From Laetmonice hystrix (Eukaryota): a stretch of 64,000 nucleotides of DNA. Made by a program: the position numbers and the translations under genes. The notes under the pieces were generated by a model that did not search any database, was not told the DNA's origin, and worked only from the letters and a program-made list of their open reading frames with translations. Shown in pieces: positions 49,934 through 64,000 of this stretch. Location of the stretch: NCBI GenBank assembly GCA_965235115.1, contig OZ249436.1, positions 8,496,001-8,560,000 on the forward strand, in the 5' to 3' direction. Position 1 is the first letter of the stretch; each line of letters starts with the position of its first letter.

Positions 49934-50500
49934 TATATGTAATTCACTTTTAGCGCTAGGTGTTGGTGCTGGTACAGTTAGAAATCATTTTGTCTTAACT
50001 CTAAAAGTTTAATTGTATTTTAGGTGGGTCAGATGTGTGCTAAAATAAATATTACACCTCTGCGCAAGGTCTCAAAGTCTTAGTAACAGTAATCCTTGGT
50101 AACTGTGAGAGTAAGGCAATGAGTGTGAAATACCATTTCACTTCTTACATTTTTGCATGTATTGAAAGAAAAATACGATTCATGTATTCAGGATCCAGAT
50201 TCCACCAAATATTTAAAACATGCCAATTCTATAAACTTATGATCAAAATTCTGAAACAACTGAGACTACAGCAACACCAGAAAAATGTGTATACTGGTAT
50301 GTATATATTCTAACTACAAGCAGATAGATACAAAGCACATTATGTATATGATTTTCACTTTCTCATCAGAGGAAAATGCATCTGTTCCAGCTTTAATACC
50401 ATTGTCGAAGTTACGGATTGATTTGAGATTATGATGTAGTAATTGTAGTGGCCATAAATAACCATCAGATGACATAATGAAAGTTGCTGTAAGTGTCATA

Positions 50501-53500
50501 TCAACGATCAGTACTATCTTGATAGTCCGAAGTGTCTTCGTAGCTCACCACTGACTGCTCATCCTCCGGTAGGTGTCCTTCGACCTGATCCTCCAAACCC
50601 TTCAGCTGCACATACAACTGCAGGAATCAAAACATCACAACGAAATAAGTCAGCAAGAAAAATAACCCAGCCTCTCAATAAATAACAGTAATTGATTTTT
50701 ACCAAAGTGAGCAAAGCTTTCTAGATATTGAATTTTGGTTGTACAGGATCAGCAAGCCAGGTGTTATGGTTGGTTGATCTTCCTTTCAAACATGAAGTAT
50801 ATAATCGGTCTGAGTTATACATGTACAACACTGCTTAAGACAATGTTTGGGATCAATGAAACCGATGTCTTAATCACTTCAGGTTTATGGACTGGCCTAA
50901 GATGGTCCCATCTAGCCACGATAACATATTACATTTCTCAGAAATAATGATATAATGAAGCTGAAAGTATTCTTTAAAAAATCATAAGTTGTAGAAATAT
51001 TTGGTCTAAAGAGCTAGGTCATTGGGGCACCCAATGACTATGTACCTGAAGTGGTGAATAACACAGCTAAACTTACCCTCAGCTTGGCATTATCGTCTAA
51101 GTTTTTGGCTTGTTGAGAAAACTCTGTAGTTGGATGAGTGTTTTCATAAGCAGCCAACAACTGGATGACCCCAGTTAGCCTGGTGGGGAAAAGGAAACCA
51201 TTTATAATTGAGTCAATCATTAACAAGCCAGATTTGCATTCAGTAGCTTCAAAGTTGATGGCAAAGTGCAGAAAATACTTGGGCATGCTCTCCCAAACCA
51301 ACTATAGCCACCTAGTGAAATGTTTGGGACGAGAATGTCTTGGGTTACTAGTACAGTCAGATCCCCAGGAATGACAACATTCTACGATAACAGGCGACCA
51401 TACTTGTCATTGCAGATGGAGTAGATCACCAAGTTGTCAATTGCATCCTTCTTCAAGAGAAGCATTGCCAGTTTGGCGAGATGGCGTGTCCCCTCCAACT
51501 GTTCATGTAGCTTTTGGTCGTCAACATACTGGTAAACTTCATTTTCAATCTAGAAGCAAAACATATTCAAGTTCAAACATTCCACTATGTTCCGGTGCTG
51601 AGTGCACACTGATGGACAAAACACGTATAGGAGCAATCCTGGTGCTGAAAGCTTGAACTACATAAGTACGTGCATGTCTCAACAGTCACCGTCACGTTTT
51701 GTACTTGACATGGCCCAATTTTCGGTGACAGTAACCTTTAGATGTTGTACATGTATTATGAAGTATAGCTCATTGCGCCACATTTCCACCATCTTGGCTT
51801 CTTCCTCCTCTGTCGACATGTTGTCCTCTTGTGCTGTGATTGGACGATGTGTTGCCGATGACCGAGTTGTGTGGGCAATTGCACAAACAATGACAACTAC
51901 GAGTCTTAAGAGTGGCACACACTTGTGACAGTTGTTGGGCCCGATTCATTTTTTAAAGTGGATAGGATTCCTGTCTCCGATTTAAAACTAGTCTTAACTC
52001 ATCTTATCTAGTCGCTAATTCTGATTGAAAATCATGCAGTGTGCACCAAGCATTACTCCGACAGATCCAGGTTACTGCACATTTGCCCAGTTTATTGAAA
52101 ATGTGTGAGAACCAATTTGGTGCACACATAGCAGCAATATTTATTATTTGTTAAGTACTTATGAGGTTATCAACTGCAATTTCTACAATTCCCATAACAA
52201 GCCAAGTGTAAATTCATTGGCAGACTTACCTGTTCCAGGTTGGGGATCTGCCTTCCTCTGTCTGCCCAGTTGGTCAGCTGGTTGAGTACAGAACTGAGGC
52301 CTTCCCCAGCCAGGAGCCTGGCCATCTCTGCCTGCCTTCTCCCGGCCTGTGGCAGGAGGATTAAGCAGGCCAGTGCACACACTGCCATCTCCAGGCGTAC
52401 GTAATGCTTGGCCAGAAGGAGTAAGTCTGCCTCCTGTATACTTGGACATCTGCAATGTGAAGAAGATCCACTGGCTTAAACAGGTTCACACTGAGATTCC
52501 CTGAAGACTGAATGACAAATAACCTACTGAATCTCCCCAACATTTATACCTTCACCCCAACATTCATGCCTAAACGGAGCACTATCAAGTTTGTGACTGA
52601 CCTGTGAAGTAGGGCGGCCGACTGAAGACAGGCCTCCTCCTGCGACTCTGTCAGTGGGGCAACCGCTTTACATAGAAAACCAAGCATGTTATCAGTCAAA
52701 ATGCAAATTTTACTCTACAACAGGCAGGCTGTATCCTTGGCATGAACACTAATGTAAAATTATCAAATGGGTTTCATGATTGGATGTTGATGTTCACTAG
52801 AATCTGCTACAATGATAAAGAATTCTGGAACAAAGATACAATATTCCAGACAATTGATTCTTAGCACCGATTGCTGTGTGCCACTTTATTGCGATTTATT
52901 TCCACCTACCTGAGGCGAGTGGTTGCAGGAGAACAACCCGCCACATGGCCGGGATGCTGGGAGCTGGCCACAGAGATGGCATAGCAGACAGCCGCATCAA
53001 CACATGTCTCAGGTACTCAACCTATCAAAATTATATCAACCTCAGATCAGCAGTCATAGATACACAGCACATAGCAGAAAACTACCAACACCTCATATCA
53101 TACTCAGGGACCTGGCTAAAACACTTTTTCGTGTTGTGCCCAACACACATAAATTAATGCCGACACGCTTGTATGTCTGCTGACACACGATCAATTTCAG
53201 GGACATGCTACTCAGAGCATACGACATGCTACCAAAATTAGTCCCTCAAAACAAAATTTCTAACTTGAAATCAATTATGTTGATTTATCATTATTTTTCT
53301 AGTTTTCCCCTGTGCAGTGGTTCAGTCAAAGGGAAAGGAGGTCCTTAACCATAGGAGATCCCCACATACTGTTGGTAGTAGGAAGCTACAAATACAGTAT
53401 ATAATCAGTGAGACAAACCATGTCGAAAGCGTGCAGCTGTTTCAGGACACTGTTCCACAGCTGGACATCTGTGATGTTGTAATCAAGGCACAAGTCAGCA

Positions 53501-56500
53501 ACCAGTCGCACTGCCTGGAAGAAAGATCAAAACCTCAATGTTTTTACTTCATTCACTGCTGTGAAAAAACAAGCCTCTATAGCAGAGAAATTAATAAACA
53601 GATTTTCAGATATTCTAGTGAAATTGATCACAACTGAAGGTTGAAATTTCAAAGCTGAATCTCAACCTAAGTATAAAATCAACCTACTCGTTTTTCATGT
53701 CGGTGGTTGCGCCAGATTCCCCGCACAAGACCATCCTTATTACAGTTGGTGAAAGATTCCTGGGTGTGTGTGATATGCAGCCGCTCCAGCTCAGCCATGT
53801 ACACAAACGTCTGCAGATAGTTCCTGAAAAAAAGACAATTTGCACATTGTAATCCTCCTCATATAAAGTCTTTGCTAAAGAAAGCTTCTACCAGTACTTG
53901 GCAGTTTTTATGCTATCGCTTTAGTAACAGTTGGTTTACCGTAAATGATCGTGTATAGTACGCACTCGTGTATAGTACGCAGGCGATTTTTTGGGCCAAG
54001 ACCCAGGAAGAAAAAAATTAGGCCCACTGACACCATGGCATATAGCGGCTGGGACTTATAGGTGTAAACTGCTGCAGTCAGCTCCAGTCATAGCGACAGT
54101 TAGCACGTTCAGGCTCCCTACACTAACAGTCACACCTACAACTGTTGGTATTTATAGCAATATTATAAGACAAAGGGGGCTTGTGCCACCTGTGGATGGA
54201 GCCAACTGACCCCGTTTCTGACCCTGAAGGTGAGAGCACCAATGAAGGCTAGCTCTAATTTGCAGACCAGCTGACCATTCCCTAGGCAGAGTACAACCTA
54301 GGTTGCAACTAATGCAAGTTTGTAGCAAAGTATTTTAGAAATAAGCATTCAAAGCACAAACTAATGCTTTTATCAAATATATCTAGGCTCCTTGTATTTT
54401 TGGATATGTAACTTCCAAGTGCTGCTACAGCCAATGACTCTCAAGCAAAAGAACCTCCATTATTGTCAACTTTTGGCTGTCAAGATGTTGCAACCAGTGC
54501 AACCACCCATGGTTTTTGCTTAGACTCGTGTATAAGACGCACTGGATTTTCAGAGGCAAGTTTGGGGGTAAAAAAGTGCGTACTATACACGATCATTTAC
54601 GGTAATCATCACGAGTTATCTGAAACCTACTTGATGGTGTCAAATGGTAGACTGCTCTGTTTCTCTATTGTGCTCTTTCCAACCAAGCTGAACAGACATC
54701 GCAGAGCTCGCACACGGCACATGGTGGTGATCTTGGTCGTCTCTTGCTGCCAACCAGAATGATAAATTGTAATGACACTGATGTAAAACAAAATAAAGAT
54801 ATTTTTATCCAGGAAGGACATTTGTTTATGACACTGATCAGTATGTTGTATTCTTTATTGTCTACAATTGTCTTCTCCCATGCGTCAGACAGAAAGACTG
54901 TTACCTTGAAAGTGTAGTTGAGTAAAAACAGGGTGTTACTACTCAGGGTGCCATACTGCAGGAGGTAGGAAACTCTGAAATAAAAAGGTAACATAAATCT
55001 GATCATCTCTCGAGTTCTGTGATGAACCTGAAGCCACAAGAGGCCAGACAAACCGATCTTTTAAATATTATATAGAATCATGGAACTGAAATCAGTCACC
55101 TCACTGACTGTTTAAAGGGCCTCTGTATGAGCATCGTTTTTATTTTCTTTTACTGACAAGTTTGAATAAGTTTTCTATGAAGTGAAGCAGAAGAATAAAA
55201 ACACTTTGTTACCTCTTCAGGTTGATTTCATCTTCCCAGATGTCTTCCTCAGATCGCACAGTCAGGTCCATGTTCTGCATGTCCATGGTTATAGTCTAAA
55301 ACAAATGGACACCTATTATACCAAATAAAAACACAAACCAACCAGGAACTTTACGACTGTTAGATACTGTAAGTGTGTTAGACAACAAGGGTTATTCACA
55401 CAACCAGACAAGGCCAGTACTTATTTGCCCCCATGCAATGAAAAAATGTATAAAACTTTACCTGGATTTTTTAGGTCAACATAACCTTTTTGTGTCCTTG
55501 AATGATATTCCTGAAACTACTTACTCACCATAAAAGTATTTAGAGATTAAATTTCTCTGTTCATCCCCACAAGTTGACTCACCATGTCTGCTTCATCTTG
55601 TTTGCTGGATAGTGCTGACGGAAGCCATTGTTCCAGCAGCAGCACCCTCAACTTGGTGATGTCCATCCGGTGAATGGATGCGATACCTTCCACGGCCGCA
55701 TGGATGTCTGCCAAATCATATAATCATGGTATACCAACTGCCTCAGGTACACGAGCATCTAATTTTATGTATAAAATGAATTAAGTAAGGGCTAGGATGC
55801 CAGACTGATGGACCTCAGGAACTTTAAATTAGATTTCTCAAAAACACAATAAATAACATGCAACTCCATTTAACCTACCTGGAAGACTTGAGAGGGCAAG
55901 TGTGGAAGTTGTACGCTGCTGAATGGATGGGTGCTCATACAGTTTGATTATAAGGTCTTTAGGTTTGGGAGCCAGCGCCAAAAGGTTTGGTTCACCTAAA
56001 CCATGTTGGAACAAGAGCTGCTCAGTTGACAGGCGGCACCAGGCATCAAAGAACTTATGGTAGGCTGCATTTGCTTTCTCCAGTTCTCCTTCCTGGAAGT
56101 AAATGTAATCTTAATTTGATTCTACTTCAAACTATAAAGTTATAAAGTTATAAAGTCCAATTACTGGTTATTTGAGATCAGTAGATATGTTTAAGTGATG
56201 AGTAAACACTAACATCATCAGGACAGGCCTGCACCCATTTCTCAGCCATGGTCACACAACATTTCAGGGCCAGCACTTTCTCTGTGCCTGAAACAGATTA
56301 ATATAAGCTGAAACAGACTATCAACTTGGCATACAATAAGTCATTGGTTGCTTTCTGCCTTGTCTAATACGGAACAATTTTTTTTGCACTTTTATTTTTG
56401 TCTATTTGTTCTGATGATGATGATTCTCTGTCAATAACTGTCACAGAAGTGGGAAACATCTTAATTTTATTGTAGAAGGAAACACTGTTAAACATTTCAC

Positions 56501-59500
56501 ATCAATACATGGTTTACCCAACCTGCTTTCTTCACAACCATCAGGAAAATGGTAGGAATGTTGAACATTATCAATTAATAAAACTAATAATAGTTGCGGT
56601 CCTTTAGTGATCTAAGTTACCTAAGTGGAATACTTAGAAAAAGTAATCTTCCCCACATTCTTAGTTTCTGATTCTTTCTCTCCAAAATACCCTCAAACTG
56701 TCTCACCCATGGGAAGTTGTTTTACAATCCATACTCCACATGTCATAGCTGCCTCACAATTGCTGAGAGAGAACATCATGATACGGATATCCTCAAACAG
56801 TTTGTGGTTGACGCCATCCACATTACTCCAGTTACACTTGGCCTTGTCCATGGGTCCAGAACCACCATCAGACCCTGACGCTGCCCGGCCTTCTGCCTTC
56901 CTCATTTCAACATGCTGGTTCACAATGTTACGTATAGTAAGCATGTAGAGCTGGTCTGATGGCAACTGCAGAAAAAAAACTATTTTACTTTTTCGTTGTT
57001 GGAAAAGAAAGGGATCATACTTTAAAATTACAAAAGGAAAGCAAGGTAAATATAAAAAGGGAAATACTATGAATAAGAAAAAAAACCTGAGTAACAGCCA
57101 GGGTCATGTCATAGAAAAATCAAATAAAAAGAAATTAAGAAAAATCTGCCTGTAATGTTACTCTAAAAGCACCATCTTCCCAGAAACATCAGCGATGAAC
57201 TTACATTACAGGGAACCTAAGACAGTCATCTACCTTACAAAATGTAAACACAACTTTCTTCTGTTTTGTTAGAGGCTAAGATAACTGAGCCACTGCAGTC
57301 CCATTTTTATGGTAAATCTGCACAATTGAAACAGGACGATTAAAAAAGTGCTTATATCAAAATCGTAGTTAAAAATGGAACTATGGGCAGCACAGTCTTA
57401 CCTGGAGAAGACGAGCTATTGGTAGCCACATGGTGAAAGATTTCTCATTCAACTCGTGCACTAAGAAAAACAAAAACAGAATAAACATAATGGAGATAAA
57501 ATAACATAAAACTGAGTTGATAGGATACTGTGGTTCCTATACATATGTAATGTAAACCTTTGAGGACATCAATTCGTACATCGATCTCATTTTGGCAGTC
57601 AACATCTGAAATTAGTTTTATAAACTGAGAAAATTGAGCATCCTAATAAATTCATACTCTGCAAAATACATACTAATGATTTTCCATGGTTCTTCAGATA
57701 TCAATGGATGGAACGGCAGTCTTGATTCAGCAAGAGGACTTGTGGATTTGTGGCTATAGATGAGGTCCTCATCTCCTTCCCCTTGATAAACTTCATAGGC
57801 CGAGGGTTTGGCCTGCCGCTCGTATGGGATCAGAAATCCCAATAGCTGGCTCCATCTTGCTGTACACTCTGACGGATTGATATCATCAATGGCATCAACG
57901 ACGAACTGTATTCGCTGATGGTCGTAGGGACTCATCTGTAGAAGAAAGGTTGATCTATTTAAACAATGCCTTTTAAAGTACAATAAAAGTATCAGGACTA
58001 CTAGCCTACTTTCCACTTCTTTGCAAAAAGTATTACTACAATAAACTTAACATATGAATTTCTTTAATTTAGTGAAGGATGAAAAGTTTTAACTGACCAT
58101 TTGAAGGACTGACTTGAGAGTTGTGGCGAGTTCTTCAGTGTTCTTAATGTAACTGATGGCCCTCCTGACCCGTTGGAGAAGGGGTTGTAGGGTGATGGGT
58201 TCCACATCACCGCCCTCTGAAACCTCCAGGGGTTTGAGTATTTGGTGCTCAATGAACAAGAGCAAGGCATGATCCTGCTCCAGCTTCAGGTCACTGTGAA
58301 AGGCAGAGTTAGCATGTAAACAATCGCTGGGCATTGTCTGCAATAGTGCCAGCATTAAGTGGAATTTATTCTGGAATCACCAGGCCACCAGATAAACTAA
58401 TGACACTGCAGCCTTAAAAAGCAGAGCAGAAAAAAAGGGAGTCACAAAGAAACTCTAATTACCAATGTAAAACAGTGGTGCACTGTGCTCGACAGTTTCT
58501 AGAATTCTGGTTTCTAATATAACAATTACAATCAAGTACCTGCAAAATTGTTTCAGGAAATCAACATCCACAGCTTTGTGCTTGGCTACCATTGTCAGCA
58601 CATTCTTCTTGGCTCGTAGTGTATTATCCTTGTAAGCTGTGTCAAAGGATATCTGCAACCAATCAGTTTTCTTAATGTTCTGAGTCTAAGTAAAGACAAA
58701 TAGCCTCATGAACACATTCCATTGCTGTAGCTCACACTCCTGTTTAATGAATTAAAATATTAAATGCTTTGTTAATGGGTTGCATTCCTAGACTAGCAGA
58801 GAAAATACAGAGTGAACATATGTTACCTTTAGTTTTGTCAACTTGTGACCACATTGAGCCCTCTCTTTAACATCCACCGCAAAATTGCGAAGATTGGGTT
58901 CATTGTGAAATTCAGCAAAATCTATACCTACAACTGCCACATTCTGTAAAGGAAAGAAATGTTGTCATAATTCAACTGTGTGCCAAAGTTTGACGGTCTT
59001 GGTCACAAAATCTTGCACACAACAACTTGGTTGTAACACAGCGACATGCGACGAGCAGCTGCGACGAGCAGCTCTCATGTCTGACCTCCAATAAACCAAA
59101 CTATGAATTAACCAAAGTGTGCTAAATAACACCTCATACGGTCTCACATCTTACTGCATCAAACATTTTTATTATGTCCAGGATATTATTTTACACTTAT
59201 TATTAAATTAACTGATATTAAAATACCCTTGTTAATGAAACTTACCATAATTTGCTTGTAATGATAGCCAGCCATACTGTTAAGTTTCTTGACATGGGCT
59301 ATTGCTGCTTCTATTGACAGAGCCATCATGAAGGTAAGAGCCAGGTTACGGTCACAGCGGCGTTGCTTAAAGATCTGAGATTGAAAAACAAAACTGACAC
59401 AATTAACAGGTCAAGATGAGAACCATTATTACATGATGAAACATTAAGAACATGAAAACCATTAAATGATGCAATTACTAACATGCATTCAGCCTTCTCA

Positions 59501-62500
59501 GTAAGTGCTGGCGGCCGGCGGTACCTACTTCCCAAAAACCGCCGGCAACTTTCTCAAAATCAAAAATTGTTTTTAGTCCAGTATGTCCTCCGACATAAAT
59601 CTGGGTAGAACTGATCAATTTACCCCACAAATTGATGCCAATTTTACTCTCAGAATGCACCAGAGACTGGCAGAGTTTACCTACGGACACATGCTCCCTG
59701 ACCCCCCCAGCAAGAGTGGGGTCCCTCTTCCCACGCCCCACCTCCAAGGTCAGCGCGGCACTGACCTGCGGCTGCTGCACAGGACCACCTCCTACTTTGT
59801 CAGCTTCCCCTTTTACTACTTTTCTTATTGAAACCCCTGTACATTTCAAAATCAGATAGAGACATACCTTAGTTAAACTGGTGATGATGAGTGGTCTAAG
59901 TATGGCTGTGCCACGAGCTGCCAGTGTATGGCAGTTCTTGTCCTCACCCTGAGCTGAATCTGTGCCAGGCTAAAATGATAGCGCATGAAATATTAATTTT
60001 GTAATCACATGAGACGATGTAGCATTTTACACATTAAGAAATATTGAGATTTTCCATTTGTTCTTGGATCCCATTAAAAATTATACTCAAAGTGCTTACT
60101 TTTGTTTTGAGCTGGTTGGCAGAACACCTGGCCAAGTAGGAAATGATGTTGGCTTGGATATCAAGGCTGTACTGCAGGGCCAGGTTGATTTGGCTGTTTT
60201 CTTGCAAGTGTTGTATCAAGTCCAAACCTTTCTTGCTCAATGCCTGTATGCCTTCAAATCCGTTGCTACCTACTACCGGAATAAGCAGCGTTTACATTCT
60301 GGGTTCATTTACATTCTGAATTTTTAATTCCCTCTTTCTAACATCAAGTGACTGCCAATTGAGAGTCGTAATTTTTGGGCTTTGAAGTTTGTTCTTTACA
60401 TACCTTATTGTACACTGATATGTAGTAATGAGTTAAATCTTAGATTTACTGAAAATGGAATTAAATCTCAGCGGGAGCATCTCCAACATATGTAATACCA
60501 GGGACTTGAAATATTCTACACTGGTCAGTTTCACTAGGCTGCAGTGTGCAACCTTTTTTCTTGAAAACAAATTTAATATGAATCTTAGGTTATCAAAGCA
60601 GGAACTTGGTGTGCTTCAACACAAGGAATGGATTATACGGCAGGCCTTAAAAAATGGTTTGATCTGAAGAATCTGGCCGAAAGACTTAATACCGTTAATG
60701 CAGTTGGAAATTTTTTTTTAATGTCTTCCATTTTCAATATTTTTTAGACATGATTTTACACACTCATAGACATTTTAATTTTTCATGTGTGATCTCTTCC
60801 ATCAGGGGAAAAAGATTTTCAGACAAAAGAATTTTCCTCCTTGCCTGATCACATTTTTTCCAGGAAGATTTTGGGGAACAAACATTTTTTTAATGCTGGC
60901 CTTAAGTAACAAAAATGGACACGTACCTCTGCCAGAGCCTTGTATCCGAGCCTGTGTGTACGGAGGACGTTTCTGGCATTCTGCAATTGGTATCGAAACA
61001 TTACCAAGTTCTACAGGCACAAACACAAACTACTCACTTGTTCAGTCACAGTATCAAGCGTTTCAATACCGCTGAGATTAAGGAAAAAGAATTCCTTAAT
61101 CATTCGAGAACTTTGATGCATGCTCTTACCTGATGAATGTTCTAAAAAAAATTCTATCACAAAACCACACCTTCACGTTTTTGTCCCCTGATGTCAATAG
61201 AAGCCATTGATTTTGTAAGTGCTATCAATCATGTCATGTTGGGGCAAACACATACTTGCCTGAGACAGAAGACAACTATAAACTGTAAACGAACCTGCTT
61301 CTGGTACACATGCCATGACATATCTGTATGCTAATGGTGCCACTATCGTCCAGTCGAGCACCAGGCCATCTTCCTGATAGAAGGGCTCAAACGTCCACTG
61401 CTCATATGGGTCAAGTTTATCCACCAATGACAAATGTGGCTAGGTAGGAATATATAAGCAGCATCACAGTTAGCCCTGCATTCATACGCGAGTTTGACAA
61501 GACAGTCACATCGCGGCAGAGAAAGTATGTTTTTATACTCTAAGTGTGCTGGTCAAGAATGAAAAAAGAGCAAAGGCAATTCCAAACATGCTGCAATGCA
61601 TGAAATCTTACTTTGACAGGGAGGTCATAGTCGCCAGTGTCTGTCTGTTTAGCCACATCCAAGGCCAGCTTACAGGTCTTACACAACTCGAGGCAGTCAA
61701 CCAGCAAACCTATAATGAAACAAGGCCAGTCTATGGTCAACATCTCCCACAATATCAGTGCTCTTTATATATATATTGCAGCTCCAATGTATTGCATTCT
61801 TGCTGGTTGGCCCCCTGGTGGGCACTTTGTACTGCATATCTTTAGAGTTACAGTGGTTGCAGACCATCAGAAATCATAACCAAAATAAAAAATTGGAGAA
61901 TGCAATGCAGTCAGACTTCCTTATCTGTGCTTCTAATCCTATTTACAAAATTCAAACATATTTTGTGACAACCTCCTTTACCATTTTCAAATGATCCAAT
62001 AATCTATTCAGTATTCAGTAACATAGACTCCAATTGACTTGTGTTAGTCTTTTCCGCGTGGTGGCAGCACTATCAACCCGGTCCCCTTGGGCCACATTAT
62101 TATGACGTTAGATAGGACGGCGAAATGCTAATCTATCACTAGGTGCCGTAGTGCTATTTGTTATGAAATATTATGGTGCGTTTAGGAGTTCTTCAACATG
62201 GTGGAGCCTATCGAGTTATTATTTTTCATAACAAATAATCTAAACGCATCCTGCCACAGATTAGCATTTCGTCGTCCTATCTAACGTCATACTAATGTGT
62301 AGCCATGAGGACCGGGCGACAGTGCTGCTGCCACGCAGATATTACCGGAATGCGCCGTTGCGCATGCGTCTCAGGTCCCTCATTACCTGGTTCACAGTGT
62401 GTAACTGCCAATCTTGTCAGTTCATGGACGCGCTCTGCCAGGTTAGACACCAGAGAACACTGTTCAATAAACTTCTCCTCAGCCTGGGCGTTCACAACAT

Positions 62501-63911
62501 GGTAAGCCACCTGGTAGAGTACTGCAGCAGTAGAAGGACCTGGGAAGTGATGGTGAAGATTTCTGCAATGAAATTAAACAGATACAAATCATTCACTCCA
62601 AACATATACATCAAAAACTCAATTCAAAGTCACACTTTGGCATGATACTGACTCAAAAAGTCTACATGTGTGAGAGTGTGGGACACGCATTAACCATAAC
62701 CAAATTTGAAAAACGAGAAGCCCTGAACAGGACATCCCAGTGATTTGTACGCAAATAATACAGTCGAGCTAATAGAGATGTAATTGATAGTCAGACAGTG
62801 TCATCTGTTTCAGAAACATATTGGTACCTACAGTGCTCGTTTGATGGCGATGTCTATCTGCCCGGTACATGCTGCAGTGATTGCGAGGCGACCATCAAAC
62901 GCATCCTTTGACACTTTCAGCAAATCAGACAACCTGAGAGAGGAGGCAACTTTGACAGATTACTCAAGTTATAAAGTCTATTTAAAAACGAATGACATTT
63001 AGATTTTGAATAGTGTCCAGACAGCCTCCTCACAGGGTTCTGACATAAATATTTATAAAGATAAAAAAGGTAGTCAAGTGTTTTAAATTATTATATTCTT
63101 GCTGTCACATTTGCGTTCAGACATTGGTACATTAAAATAAAAAAGACCCATACAGTTTCGAGAACACCAAACTCGGAACTAACCTAAACCCAACCCAAGC
63201 CTCACCTGTACAATAAATTGTATGACCATTTCTTTTGTTTTCCTGGTTTTCGATCACTGGTCACATCTGCTCCCTGAAAAAGATAAGGTGTCAAAACCAT
63301 GAGGATAAGTCATTCTCAGGGGCTTGAACAAAGCCAACAATTAAATATATTTGAAGCCTTTCCTTACTTCATGAAATATGACAATTTTGGTCCAAGCTAT
63401 TCAACTAAAATTTGAGTGTTTTCTACAAATCTGCAAATTATTCCAGTGATATGATACATACAAAATACACATGATTTTGAACTACATCTGATTTTGATTA
63501 TCTCACATTTTAATTTTTATAAAATTTCCCCCATTAACTTACTGTTGGTGGGTCAGGAAGAGTAAGACCTCCCGGGTTCTTGAAGAACCTGACCGTATAT
63601 CCACTAAGCATATCCTCACGGAAGCTTACAATCTGGTAATCTCTGTGGGAAGGGAACACTCCAAACTCGACCTAATCATTTACAACAAAGAAAGCTGTCT
63701 CGGTCACAAACATCACTTCTAATTTTTTGTTTTAATTAGAATATATGTCTATGATGATACATGAAAATATTAGTTCATTTCTGAATGGGAAATATGTAAA
63801 TGTATGAGTGTTAATGCTTCAACTAATAATTTTAAAAAAACAATACCTGAAGTGCATGGATGTTCTGCATTGTTTTCAAAGTGTCAGACAATTGTTCGAC
63901 CATGTCATTTT
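50501..63911 (-). CDS. KNTC1: Kinetochore-associated protein 1 / Rough deal (ROD), 3' part (~1315 aa, 31 exons); 5' end lies beyond the window
   Basis: Phase-consistent GT-AG exons: 63847-63911, 63543-63671, 63206-63273, 62832-62933, 62387-62562, 61612-61709, 61295-61439, 60927-61010, 60100-60269, 59868-59969, 59246-59374, 58827-58943, 58540-58652, 58098-58293, 57674-57935, 57402-57460, 56707-56965, 56214-56287, 55879-56092, 55583-55707, 55213-55295, 54905-54974, 54631-54746, 53688-53823, 53419-53514, 52910-53021, 52602-52665, 52230-52449, 51404-51549, 51077-51179, 50501-50617. Peptides SPYDHQRI, RLPFHPL, LYEHPSIQQR, DIHAAVEGIA, RALRCLFSL, KDGLVRGIWRNHRHE and AVRLVADLCLDY occur in the order known for the ROD C-terminal domain. 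Confidence 0.95.
53939..54602. mobile_element. 664-bp non-autonomous Tc1/mariner(pogo)-type element with TA target-site duplication, in a KNTC1 intron
   Basis: 28-bp perfect TIR CCGTAAATGATCGTGTATAGTACGCACT, TA flanks, and subterminal CTCGTGTATA..ACGCA repeats. Confidence 0.92.
62093..62299. mobile_element. ~200-bp foldback/palindromic MITE in a KNTC1 intron
   Basis: TATGACGTTAGATAGGACGGCGAAATGCTAATCT pairs with AGATTAGCATTTCGTCGTCCTATCTAACGTCATA (1 mismatch); inner arms TATTTGTTATGAAA and TTTCATAACAAATA. Confidence 0.8.
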
Positions 63912-64000
63912 CTGCAAAGAAAAGCCAAAATAAGGAAACTCTGAAGCACAGCTGACTCCTTGGTTAGAGTGATCAACAATCAAGTTTTACAATAAGTCAT

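Noticed and set aside
58294..58370. Open-frame upstream extension of a KNTC1 exon
   Set aside because: Phase from the previous exon (AG|T) requires the acceptor at 58294-58295, so the extension is intronic.
58644..58652. ATATCCTTT, a U12-type donor look-alike in KNTC1
   Set aside because: It is the first codons of a coding exon after a normal CAG acceptor. All reconstructed introns are GT-AG.
59490..59840. GC-rich intronic insert with weak CAG...CTG terminal repeats and a 123-aa ORF
   Set aside because: The TIRs are poor, there is no target-site duplication and the ORF is unrecognisable. At most an old transposon relic.

Overview
Eukaryotic (bilaterian invertebrate-like) genomic DNA with spliceosomal GT-AG introns. 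No prokaryotic genes, CRISPR array or rRNA/tRNA were found. Two minus-strand genes can be reconstructed exon by exon. The first is the 3' ~1315 codons (31 exons, 63911->50501) of KNTC1/Rough deal (ROD, RZZ kinetochore complex). The second is a complete 5-exon TM2D3/almondex gene (48943->12440, 250 aa). The last TM2D3 intron is ~29.45 kb, whereas the KNTC1 introns are all under 1 kb. That intron holds a 5.8-kb 31-bp palindromic satellite with a 1340-bp higher-order repeat, an abutting 38-bp satellite, 22-, 77/82- and 21-bp minisatellites, and a 6.5-kb 125-bp satellite that appears to be an amplified piece of a Deu/Nin-domain-type SINE. Several non-autonomous DNA transposons (TTAA- and TA-flanked MITEs, a foldback element) are present. 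All very long ORFs in the ORF track are artefacts of stop-free tandem repeats. The most interesting observations are the SINE-derived satellite with a hypervariable cassette, the tandem stem-loop array in the TM2D3 3' UTR, the stop-interrupted in-frame upstream ATG of TM2D3, and the motif-rich giant intron. I did not find a convincing new multi-gene system.
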